A stretch of 62,496 nt of DNA, filler included, from Dimargaris cristalligena (taxonomy: Eukaryota), in the NCBI GenBank assembly GCA_003614675.1. It is 5 parts of 5 records of this genome, joined end to end, with 100 filler letters (N's around TTAATTAATTAA, not from the genome) between each part and the next. Parts side by side here need not be neighbours in the genome. Positions count along the whole stretch, not along the records: positions 25,179 to 37,593 come from ML003041.1; positions 37,694 to 50,099 come from ML003042.1; 3 more parts are not named here. One strand, written 5' to 3'. The position numbers were made by a program, and so were the translations under genes. Shown here piece after piece: positions 25,229 through 37,744 of this stretch. The notes beneath the pieces were generated by a model, which did no database searches, was not told the DNA's origin, and saw only the letters and a program-made list of their open reading frames with translations. The stretch's first letter is position 1; every line of letters begins with the position of its first letter.

Positions 25229-25712
25229 ATATGGAGGCGGGTATGCTTTATTGGATTGGATTGTGCAGTCCCTGCAATTAACCGTGGGTGGGTTGGTTAC
25301 ATTTAGCCCCGGACATCGAAATCCCGACTGTGCTAGGCCAGTGCCGGTATTGAAGAATTGCGATTACACTCAACAGCCGTAGAATAGCAGCCGGCCGGCC
25401 GGGTTCGGGGCATTTGTGTATTTATTTTCAAATAAAAGCGTTCCGTACGGTTGGCGGGCCGGACAGGCTCGGTTCCGCAGTTACGAAAGCGGGCTGGTGG
25501 GGGAAGGGGGTCGTACCTGATGTCGGTGTAACGACAAGGGTCCTTGACGGGTGTGTAGAATGAAGGGGAGTATAAGTTAAGTGTTGGGTTGTGTCCTACA
25601 CACGTGACCAGACGCGGCGGGTCGGCGCAGGGGGGAGCCAAGGATGGGCGTGCGATTTGGGAGATATCAATAATGTATCGGGAGGGGATATCCCTCATCT
25701 GCCCATCAATGA

Positions 25713-27430
<1,718 letters not shown>

Positions 27431-28186
27431 TCTGTTTAATATCCGAACCCCAGTTTCTTAAAAAAAATTACCCAATTGTGTGGTATACTTTTCGCATTTC
27501 CTATTCCACGGACATATTTCCCCACTTTTTGTGTAAACGGACCCAATTTTCTGACGAGTCCCTCTAATTAAAAGTACTGTACCACCAAGATCCCTTGGCC
27601 ATTAGCATCAGTACTAGTATTGGTGGTCGTGATTAGTATAGTTCGAGTTAATAATGTTGGTGGGGCTAGGCTAGCTAGAACTATGCTTGCTCTACCAGGA
27701 GGGGAGTTGGGTTGGATTGGATTGGAATCATCCATATGCTGTCTCTCGAATGCCTTGGTGCTTAGCATGATCCGGCTATCCGTTTCTAATGTGATTTCTG
27801 GAGTATCTAAAGGCGGAGAAACCATAGTCGATACTTCCTGGCATTCCCACTGTTACTTAATTATCCCTCCCTGGCCCTACGGTATCTAGTTCTAGTAAAA
27901 GACCAGAGTCATTTACCGTATAACCTGTATGCTAAATCAATCCGATAAGCCAGTCTCTGTTAAAGAGCTGCAGTTAGCGGAACCCCAAAAGGAGGGAGGA
28001 CCACCACTGAAGCTGCCCTTTAACTGTTTCCCCATCCGGTGTGAGCAGATCCGCACTGATCCAATTAGAGGTTTTGGAATACTCACCAGTGCTACTTGGA
28101 CTCCTCCCAGCTATTCTGTATTCCCATTTGCCAAGTTCATTTTCTCCCGTCCTGGACTAGCTGGTTAACCGTACCCCCCACCCCTC

Positions 28187-29449
28187 ATGGCAACTCCACG
28201 CGATTCCATCGATCCCCGACCCCCGCCGAACGGAGCCACGCCTCCTACTTATACGGCCTACCAGCGGCGGGCGTCTATGCTGCAGTGTCTCGTGGCGGGT
28301 GGGATCGCCGGAACGGCAGTGGACACCGCCTTGTTTCCCCTCGATACCATCAAGACCCGCCTACAATCCCAGGTGGGCTTTCGGGCCGCGGGCGGGTTTT
28401 CGGGCGTCTACTCAGGGCTCCTGTCCGCTGTGATCGGTTCCGCCCCCTCAGCCGCCGCCTTCTTCGTCGCTTACGAATACCTCAAGCGGAGCGTGGGGGC
28501 CGGGGTGTCGGATTCCTATGCCCCCCTGGTCCACATGGTGGCTGCCTCGGGGGGGGGAGATCAGCGCATGTGTGGTCCGGGTCCCCACCGAAGTCATTAA
28601 ACAGCGCATGCAGACCAAGCAGTACTCCTCTACCTATAGGGCCATTCGATCCATTGCAAGTTCCGACGGTATTCTCGGCTTTTATCGGGGCTACCACTCT
28701 ACCGTGGTTCGAGAGGTAATTCACCACTGGTTTCTGGACTATCGCTGTCCCCTCGCAGGGTCCATACGATACGTGCTGAAGCATGTCCCTAGCGTGAATA
28801 GAGCGGTGCTGGGTATAGCCGTTTAATTCATCAATTATTTATGGCATCTATATATGTATCGCTTCCTCTTGACCCACACTATAGATCCCCTTTACTTGCA
28901 TCCAATTTTCACTGTACGAGTATCTCAAGAAGTGGTACGCATGCCATAAAGGCCGGCCCACCCAGCCCTGGGAGGCCGCCGTGTGCGGGTCGATTACGGG
29001 AGGGATTGCTGCTGCTGCTACCACGCCCCTGGATGTTATAAAAACACGCATCATGCTATCTTCTCGGGTAGGTCTTTCTTCGTTATACCGACTGGTTATT
29101 ATTCCCCCATGCCCGGTTTCGGCGCAGTGCTTGGGAATACGGGACATTCCTTCATGTTATTAGAGACCACCCTCGACTATGCAATGCATTTTGAGCCACA
29201 ATCATTCTAACATCAACCCTATCTAATGCCTTTCCTTACACTCACTAGCAAGCCATGGGGACCCAAAGTCACCTGTATTATAGCGGCATTATCAGCACGT
29301 TCCGCAAGATTTTACACGAGGAGGGCTGGCGGGCGCTGTATTCAGGTATTGGGCCTCGGGTAATATGGATTAGTCTGGGTGGGGCGGTTTTCTTGGGCAT
29401 GTACGAAAAGGCCAAAAAAACCTTAATTGACTATCGCATTGCGGCCTAG
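28187..29449 (+). CDS. SAM5: Mitochondrial S-adenosylmethionine carrier (Pet8/SLC25A26), 3 exons, apparent 1-nt frameshift
   Basis: Three PxD/ExxK repeats ([29 protein letters not shown]), [23 protein letters not shown]. One extra G in the G9 run at 28549-28557. Confidence 0.88.
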
Positions 29450-29932
29450 AAGGACGAACCAGGTCTCTCCAGGAACCAAAAAAAAACATTAACTTGCTAC
29501 AACAACTCGGATGAATTAATTGTAGTAATCAAGGTTATCCGCTATATTCTTAAACTGACCTATTGCCATTTCGGACTCTGGTTTACTTAGATATTCCAGC
29601 TACTCAATAAATCTCTTTACTTTTACTTGGCCAAACTATATACCAAGTCAGTAATTATAGGGTAAATATGGATTCACAAGAATCTGCCCAATTTAGTGCC
29701 AGAAAACTATAGGATATTTGGCCAACTTTTTGCGTGCCCTGCCCTGTGGTTCAAGGGAGATGGGTTGACCCCTTGCTCCCCTTCCTAATTCAGGCCCTTT
29801 GTTCCCATTGCAACTTGCATTTGCTCATTCACGCTTCCTCATTTTCCTCAATTCGGCGCCATTTCTCACTTTTCTATAGGGGTGTCTCAGCATTTGCACT
29901 TCAGCCTTTTCCCATACCATATACCAGTCGAC

Positions 29933-30570
29933 ATGGCCAGCAAGGAGCAGCGTAAAACGGTGGTTTTCGTAAGCGGCCTCTCCGACGAAGTCGATGACAA
30001 AGTTCTTTTGGCTGCCTTTTTACCATTTGGCGACATTATCGAGATTCATCTCCCCACCGACCCAACGTCACGTAAGTTAGGCCAATCCCACACGGCCTTG
30101 CTGTCATTTACAACCCTACTACACGCAATGGCCCAAGCCGCCTCCCCTCCACTGGTTTTAGGGATCGGGATCCAGTTACCAAGGTCTAGTTCCAAAGACA
30201 ACGCGTCTTCCACGTTTCCCGCATAATTTACACCCCACTGTATTTCCGAAGTTCTAACCCTGACTCTGGATATAACCCAACTTCTTTCCCCGATCGCCCT
30301 ATAGACAACCAACACCGCGGTTTCGGTTTTGTCGAGTTCGAAGAGGCTGATGACGCCCTAGCCGCCGTCGATAATATGCATTTTGGCGAGATCTACGGCC
30401 AGGTTATCAAGGTGAACCTAGCTCGCCCCATGCGGCTTAAGGAGGGCTCCTCCCGGGCCATTTGGTCGGAAGACGCCTGGCTGCAAAAGTACGCCGTTCC
30501 CGATGCCGAGGTCCACGAGACGACCGATCAGATGGCGAATGTCCAACTTCAACCGTCTTCCCCGGCCTAA
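29933..30570 (+). CDS. RRM protein similar to the N-terminal half of cyclophilin E (CYP33/PPIE), intron 30072-30304
   Basis: [64 protein letters not shown]. No cyclophilin domain follows. Confidence 0.85.
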
Positions 30571-30902
30571 TCATTAATGTATATTTTAAAATCCTTAACG
30601 CGATAAAATACTAGGGAATTACATTGTCCTATGAATCATGTTCAGTGGGGTTGCTCTGTGAGTTCGTTTTTTATATACTTTGCTGAACTGTAGTAGGGCT
30701 TACTCTCCTAGGTTGGGACTGAATCCACGTGTGAGTCGTTTATTGGTGTCGCTATAAGCCATATCGATGCATGCTGATATATAAAAATTACAAATCACCT
30801 CGTAGGAAAGTAGAGGTAAGACTAGGTGAATGTCGAGTTTGAGAACATCCATCATCGGTAGGGTGGAATCGGAAATCGGCCAGGTGAAGCGTTTGGGCCA
30901 GT

Positions 30903-31771
30903 CTAACCCTTGAGTAATTCCTCGCGTTTCAGCACCTCAGGACTGAGTTTGATCAAAAAGATGGTTCGTAGGGGTTTGTTGTCGACTGGCATAGTATGGG
31001 CAGTAACACGGGCGGCCTAAATAAATGGAACGCCGGTATATCCATATCCATATATATATAACAAGTGTCATGATTGGGAGGTTAGAGTTTCGACGTTTGA
31101 CTGACCCGTGGATATCTCAGAAATGGCAATTGGGACTAGGTGGTTTCGGAGCAGGCGAAGGGGATGAGACAAATATGCCAAGTGGAAGCTTATGTGGCGT
31201 TTTATCTCTATACATAGGGTGGTGGTGGGATACTTACGCATTGGCAGCCGTGCAGTACGCCTTCAATAATACCGGCCACGTAGGCATTACAGTTGAACTG
31301 CGAAAGCTCCCGCGGCACTGAAACAAACCGACTCACGATAGGTTCGTTGTCATACAGCATGTACTCGTCTTCGTTGTCGGTACTTTTCTCCAGTGCGTTG
31401 GCCTGTTTTCCGAACAGGGCTTTCCAAATGACATTGTGGATAAAATAGAGCACGTTAAGCACCCGGGTTTCCCGGCGCGGACTCTTTTCCCGCCACATGG
31501 TCAATTCGAGCATGCGGACCCCGATGCCGAAGCCTAGGGCGCTAAGCTTCCGCTCGAAATCCTGGATCCCCTCCACCCGGTTCTGAGTGTACTGTAGCAT
31601 CTCGGAGAATAGAAAGCTAAAGGCGCTCAGGTTGACCTCGGTGGTCTGGGTGCGGTTCAAGTGGCGGTCCAGAATGGAAGCGCGGCGGCGGTTGGTTGCC
31701 GTGCCACGGGTCTCGGCTTGGGTGTTGGACGGCCCCAAGCGGCTCGGCATCTGGGAAATGATTTTGGACAT
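30903..31771 (-). CDS. TRS31: TRAPP complex subunit Trs31/TRAPPC5, 2 exons
   Basis: EVNLSAFSFLFSEM, WKALFGKQANALEKS, FNCNAYVAGIIEGVL; exon 2 31016-30903 AARVTAH..TIFLIKL. Confidence 0.93.
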
Positions 31772-32303
31772 GGTGGGGCAGGTTATTAAAGGGAAGGTAT
31801 AAGCGACAGAGTATCTGGGGGTAGTGTCAGTTGGGGGAGATGGACAAGTCAAGGAAAGGCCTTTAGCATGCTATGAAGAGGAGGTGAAATGAACAGGCCG
31901 TTTGGTACTAGTGGGTATGAAAAGCACCCTCACCTACTCCTCCTTTCAGCTCAACGGGTCTCCCTAGATTATTCTAGGACCCATTTGATAGCTCTTCTAT
32001 AAAGGACATTTGTGAGGAAAGGGGCCGTGAATAGACAGCAATACGAAGCAGTCGCCCTATATGTCACCCTGAACCCTCACCCTATTCCTTCATCTGCAGA
32101 ACAATTACGACTATTTTGGCGACTTTTGCTCTAGTAAAACAATCGACAAGTACTTTATTGGAGAGCTAGCGGCTCAATAAAATGGGAGCAAACAAGTAGT
32201 CCAACAATAACCACAATACCCTACTATACGACAGGCGGCCAATCCTGTATATGTAGCGATAGCCTTCGCTAGACCAGGCAGCTGCCCGCCAAACCTAGCT
32301 AGT

Positions 32304-35176
32304 CTATTGTCCGACCCGGGCTTTGTAGGCAGTGCGAATCTCTGCGCTCTGCTTTATGAGCTCCTCCTCTTCCACACCATCCCGGATACTTTGCAGGATC
32401 TTGTCCACTACCGATGCGTGGTTACCATGCGGCTTATCTTCCCGGAACCGCATAAATTTCCACTTGGCTGGTGGGTTGTGGTGCGGGTCGTAGCAAACTT
32501 CAACAATACGGTTCTCAAATTGGATATTATTGCGCCGGAAACTATATCCAGGTGTAGAAAAGAGCAGTCGTAGATGTCCAGGGTGAGTAAAGTGCTCCAT
32601 TTGGAGTGCGGCTATAGTCGCCTTCGTCGTTTAGAAACCTACTAATAAATGCCCCGAGCATTACATCAACTTACTCTCTCCAGTCGGCGTCAGTCACCGC
32701 CATCTCGGCAAAGGGTGTATAGTCCTTCCCGCCCTGCCATACCGACAACACAAACATGGGCTTTTGGGACGACTCACTACCCGTAGGGTAGCGAAGGTTT
32801 ACCCGGAAATCTACAGAGTTCTCGTCGGCGGCCTTCCACTTGAGCCTAATATGCCACGTAGGAGTCGTATAATGGAAGTATCAAAAGAGTTGGGTGAGAC
32901 GACTATTCCAGGATGAATACCTGGGGGGCGGGGGTAGGTCGCGTTAACAAAGTCAATTGTTTGGGGTGGGGTGTGCAAAAACTAGATTCAGTTGGACCAT
33001 ATAATTTCCGTTCTTATTACAGCGACAGTAGCTGGGCGGATTGCACCGGCGGCTGGAACTTACATCTTCTCTGTGGTGCCTACTACGTAGGGGGCATTCA
33101 CAGAAGTAAAGATTAACCCGTCATTCTTGTGGTGTAGTTTAGGGATCTCTTCCTTAAGTACCTTGGGGGCGCCGTACGAAAACTGCATGTACTTGAGTAT
33201 AATACTGTGGGTTCAGTATAATTCGTATCAACTATACCAGAAAAGGGATAGTTAGTGGCTGGTCGGGAGAGTCTTACACAGAGAGTAAACCACTAGTTAG
33301 GGACAACCTATTCAATAATTACAGCCTCAGTAGCCTGGATGATGGAACTTATAGAAATATTGTCGACATGACGTACGTAAATGGCGTCGATCGAGCAAAC
33401 GAGGGGTTGGCTTTCATCAGAGTGTTGAACGGTAAAATAACGTGTTCATTAAGGTACTGGTATTAGGGGCATATGGTGGGTCAATTATATCATTATTAAT
33501 TAAAATGTATGGGATTGTGTGTTTGCCATCAACCACGGACAGGGACAGGGTTGGGTTAATTCAATGAGCCGTCAAACAAGTAATTACTGCCCCAAGGTTG
33601 TAAATAAGGCAGTGCAACCCCGGCGAATCAAGTAACCCTAGCATTTCGAGGGTACATTGGATGGTTTATATAACTTACCCCCAGTCGATTGGTTAGTGGA
33701 CGGTCTGTGACACATTTTCCTCCGACGGCCAGTAAATCGAAGCAATAGAGACGCAGATAACTCTAGAAAATAATTGACCATATATTCAAGGACATGGGGG
33801 TTATTACATAGGTGGGGCTGAAGTGGATCCCTGTGGGAGTAGGGGGAGCGCAGCTTCCTGGTCTTGATAGACCCCATTAATGGTATAGTACTTTGGAAAA
33901 CTCACCCGGCCATTGGGCTCCCGATCAATAATCAACTCGCCATCGAATAAGGTTCCATTGTGGAACTTGGGTCGGGCCGGGTCACTTGGAATAGGAATAT
34001 ATAGCTGAGGGACATGTCGGTAAATGTTCTTTCGGTCAATCTATACGGTGCAGGTAGGGAGGTAGACATAGTATCATCACCCAGAATATTGGTTCAATTA
34101 CGGGACACGTTGGGTTCCACAGGGGGTGTCGGGTTCGGTTCATAAGGATCTCCATGAGGTGCTTGTCCAGCCGCCCTGAAGGGTCTAGAGGTGTGGATAC
34201 TTACCAAGTAGGTTTCTGGGTGACCCATGGAGCTAAAGACGGCGTAAACGAGACACCGTACTCCGTCGGATTTTTCGCAAACAAAAAAGCTGCCAAGTGC
34301 GAGTGGGTGGGGCATAGTGGTGCAGAAATGTGAGTGAACATCCTGGGGTTACAGCGTAGGGGATTGGATAGTCTAAATACACCCCCTGCGAGCTAAACCG
34401 AAATAGTGCCACCCGAAGTTTCCTCTGCACCCCGGCATCTTGGCTAACTGCTGCAAACCTCAAAGAACCAATAGTCGGGTAAAAAGTACCGCATTGACTG
34501 AGCTTGCTAATATTAAAAGGGTACTTTCTATATTATCTCAGGGAATTATACTTACTCTTCATTCTTCAGGGTGTCGATGTGTTCCTTGAGAAAACTAACT
34601 GGCTGGGCACCTGTGCCATCATTAATAGACCCCGGGTTTTGATACAAAAAAGCACCGGGAGAGTATGGTTAGAAATAGCCCGCCGCCGGCACTAATCCGT
34701 GTAAATATCACTATTACATACACGCAGAGTTGCCAATGTTCCGAGCTAGGTGACACTACTTACCTGGAAAACTGAGAAACGGGACAGAGAAGTCGATTAA
34801 GGATATCGGGCAGGTTGTTGGTGGTGGGGAGAGGCCGAGTAGAAAATTGAAATGGCGCATCGGGGTAGCATTCGGATAGTTGCGGAACAGTGGGTTAGTC
34901 GTTCACGTCAATTCCTAACGAAATTCACTCCTTCTAGGGTTGTAGGAGGGGGGGGGGGTTCAGCAATACAAATGACCCAGAGCGGGGTCAGGCTAACCAT
35001 GCCAATACAAGAATAGGGTCGGTCTAGCGTGGCACTTACCGCTCGTGGTTCAGCTGCAGTAGTTGAGCCACCTTTGTCCGAAGCTCTTTTGCATACTGGA
35101 GGTCCACCGGACTGCCGGGGATGTCGGGGATGACACCATCCACTGAAGTAATCGGCCTAGTAGGGGGCATGGACAT
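32304..35176 (-). CDS. CEG1: mRNA capping enzyme, guanylyltransferase, multi-exon
   Basis: RFP|GAQPVSF, motif I VCEKSDGVR with catalytic Lys, TLFDGELI, HKNDGLIFT, KWKAADENSVDF, WKFMRFREDKPHGN. Confidence 0.93.
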
Positions 35177-35735
35177 GTTTGAAATGCGGGAGCGGAGGAC
35201 AGGTGGGCTGTAATGCAGGCAAACAGAGGTGGGTAAATAGCTGATAAAGATCGGAAGGGAGACACAGGCGATGGCGGCTTAGGGATATATTATGGCAGCC
35301 TTTAGCGGGGAGAAGTAGCATTGGACCTGGCACCACCCACCCAAAAGCAAGGTGGAGGGAGGGAGGGCCAGCGTCCTTAAACGAACAATCAAAAATTGAT
35401 TGGGATTGCCTACTATGCCAGTGTAAGGGTTTATTCGCGGGACCTACGCTTTAATCTTTCGCCTTCGTGGCAAGCAGGGCTTTCCATTCTATATTCCGGG
35501 GTTAGTATGCTTTATTAACGAAAAGTCCGGTTGACCCTCACTTTTCACTATATATTCTAGGTATGTTATTCAGGGTTTACAAGGATGCCCAAAGAGCGGG
35601 AAGGGGAATCAGGGTGGAGTTGGGGCAAGGGTATTTCCCCCTCCGAAGCCCCGCCTGGTCAGCAAAAAGCGGTTACATTACAATGCCCACGAACGGGGCG
35701 AGACACAGCCGGGGCAGGCTGAATACAATGGCCGA

Positions 35736-37169
35736 TTAGTGGTGAGCAGGGGCACTTTCCGCATGCTCACCAATATGTTTAACCAAACCCTGGATGGCTT
35801 GGATACTTCCGATTACCAGGCCCACGACTCCCAGAATGAGAATCACTACGCCGAAGACTCGCTCGCGCCAGTTGAGGATGCCGATGCCGAAGAGTTTGAC
35901 GTACCAGACCAGCGGGAAAATAAAGAAAACGGCCGTAGTGGACAGCGCACCAACCAGATTCAGTACGTCCGAAAAGTACGGGATGGCGGCCGCGATACCA
36001 AATAGGGCGGCCACGACCAAACTCCGAAAGATGAACCGCACCACGAACTCCTTGACCTTGCCAAAACGCTCGACGGTGATATTGCGGCTCTTTTCAATTT
36101 CCAGGGCAAAGGTGGTCAACATGATGGGGGCGGCCAAAATAACGTGTAAACTAATCAGGATAAGCGCAATCGTCTTGGGGATCCCGTTGCGTAGATTCGA
36201 CAGGATCGGTGATACGGTAGTATTGCCGTACACGGCGTAGCCGCAAATGGCCATGAGCAGATACATTGAACAGGTGCTCACCATACCCATAGTCAGAACT
36301 TTGGGCCAGTCCCGCGGCTGCTTCATGGAAGCTTCGACGTGGGGGTACACCACGTTACCGGAAAAGGCGAAGCTGATCGAGGCGATAGCGGAGGGTAAAG
36401 ACGTGATGGACAGCGCGGTGTAGGTGATATGGCTCTGAGCGTGCACCGCGGCAAACTCCGAGAACCCCACCACTACGGCGACTACTACCACCACCACGGT
36501 GGCGACCAGACCAAAGAGGGCCAAGATAGCTACTTCCTTCATGGACTTCATCACCACAAACGGGGCCCACATGACCAAGGACACGATGCACTGGCACACC
36601 TTGGCCCCAATATGCACGTTCACCTGTTCCAGTAGCCCGTTGATGTTATCACCCGCCAGGATAATGTAAATACAGACGGTTCCGAGGATATAGAGATAAT
36701 GGAAAAAGTAGGTAATGTACAGGCCTGGCTTGCCGAAAGCGGCCTCTCCGACCTCCGGGTAGCTGGACAACCGTCTGGTCCGATCGTAATATAAACACCG
36801 GATTAGAATGGTTCCGGAATAAACCCCGATAAACCCGGAAAGGAAAATAAGGACAATACCTAGCCAACCGCCCTCACTGAGGGCATAGGGCAGTTGGAGG
36901 ACACCGGTACCCGCCACAACACACACAATGTTAACGAATGCCGCCCAGTTAGAGGCCGTCCGTTGGGTGGTTTCGAACTCGTATCTGAAGCTCTCCCCGT
37001 CACTGCCACTGCCCTCCAGTGAAAGGTTATCGCTCTTGTCGTCGCCATAATCGCGCTTCTTGGTATCGCTCTTGTCATCACGGATGCTGGGTTTCCTGGA
37101 TTCGCCAGAGGTGGACTGGTCATCGCCAGGTGTAGTGCCGTCATATTTGACCTCTTCAATATCAGCCAT
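35736..37169 (-). CDS. AAAP/Aa_trans amino acid transporter (Avt1-like), intronless
   Basis: AFVNIVCVVAGTGVLQLPYA, SYPEVGEAAFG, FAFSGNVVYP, multiple hydrophobic segments after an acidic N-tail. Confidence 0.9.
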   Translation of the reverse strand: MADIEEVKYDGTTPGDDQSTSGESRKPSIRDDKSDTKKRDYGDDKSDNLSLEGSGSDGESFRYEFETTQRTASNWAAFVNIVCVVAGTGVLQLPYALSEGGWLGIVLIFLSGFIGVYSGTILIRCLYYDRTRRLSSYPEVGEAAFGKPGLYITYFFHYLYILGTVCIYIILAGDNINGLLEQVNVHIGAKVCQCIVSLVMWAPFVVMKSMKEVAILALFGLVATVVVVVVAVVVGFSEFAAVHAQSHITYTALSITSLPSAIASISFAFSGNVVYPHVEASMKQPRDWPKVLTMGMVSTCSMYLLMAICGYAVYGNTTVSPILSNLRNGIPKTIALILISLHVILAAPIMLTTFALEIEKSRNITVERFGKVKEFVVRFIFRSLVVAALFGIAAAIPYFSDVLNLVGALSTTAVFFIFPLVWYVKLFGIGILNWRERVFGVVILILGVVGLVIGSIQAIQGLVKHIGEHAESAPAHH

Positions 37170-37593
37170 GGTGATGAGACGCGGTAGACAATATGAGCCG
37201 GGGATAGGTGGGGAGAGGGGGGTTGGAGTGAACGAAAAGCCGGAGGGGCAATATAACCCTTGTTATTGGGGTGGGCACTTGTCAACAACTGGTGTTGCCG
37301 TGTACTAACGGGCCTGTCGATTAATAAAGATACTTAGGTTGGTAAGAAGTCCCGCAAATTCTGTCCGTAATACGTGGAGGCGGATTAGGAAATAGAGTAT
37401 TTTAGTAAAAATTGGACAGGCGAATTGGGGAATATAAACTAGCAAAGTAAATCAATGGCCATACCACCTTGGCTAAAAATAATAATAGCTGATTTACAGA
37501 AAATAATTAATAATTGTCGTATCGAAAATTCACTAGGTCAAATAAGGAGATTTCGTCAGGGTTGGGGTCAAGGTCGAAAAGGTGTATGTGATA

Positions 37594-37693
37594 NNNNNNN
37601 NNNNNNNNNNNNNNNNNNNNNNNNNNNNNNNNNNNNNTTAATTAATTAANNNNNNNNNNNNNNNNNNNNNNNNNNNNNNNNNNNNNNNNNNNN
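37594..37693. other. Artificial contig linker
   Basis: N44-TTAATTAATTAA-N44. Confidence 0.98.
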
Positions 37694-37744
37694 TTTGCCT
37701 CATCAAATGGATTTTTCGTTATACAGCCTTGCTGAACTACTCCC
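37694..37744 (+). mobile_element. Right end of the MITE at contig start
   Basis: Same 50-bp sequence as 17609-17658 and 25179-25228, followed by ATAT. Confidence 0.8.

Noticed and set aside
30629..30690. GTTCAG..TTGCTGAACT resembling the MITE termini
   Set aside because: Match too short, wrong length and no target duplication.
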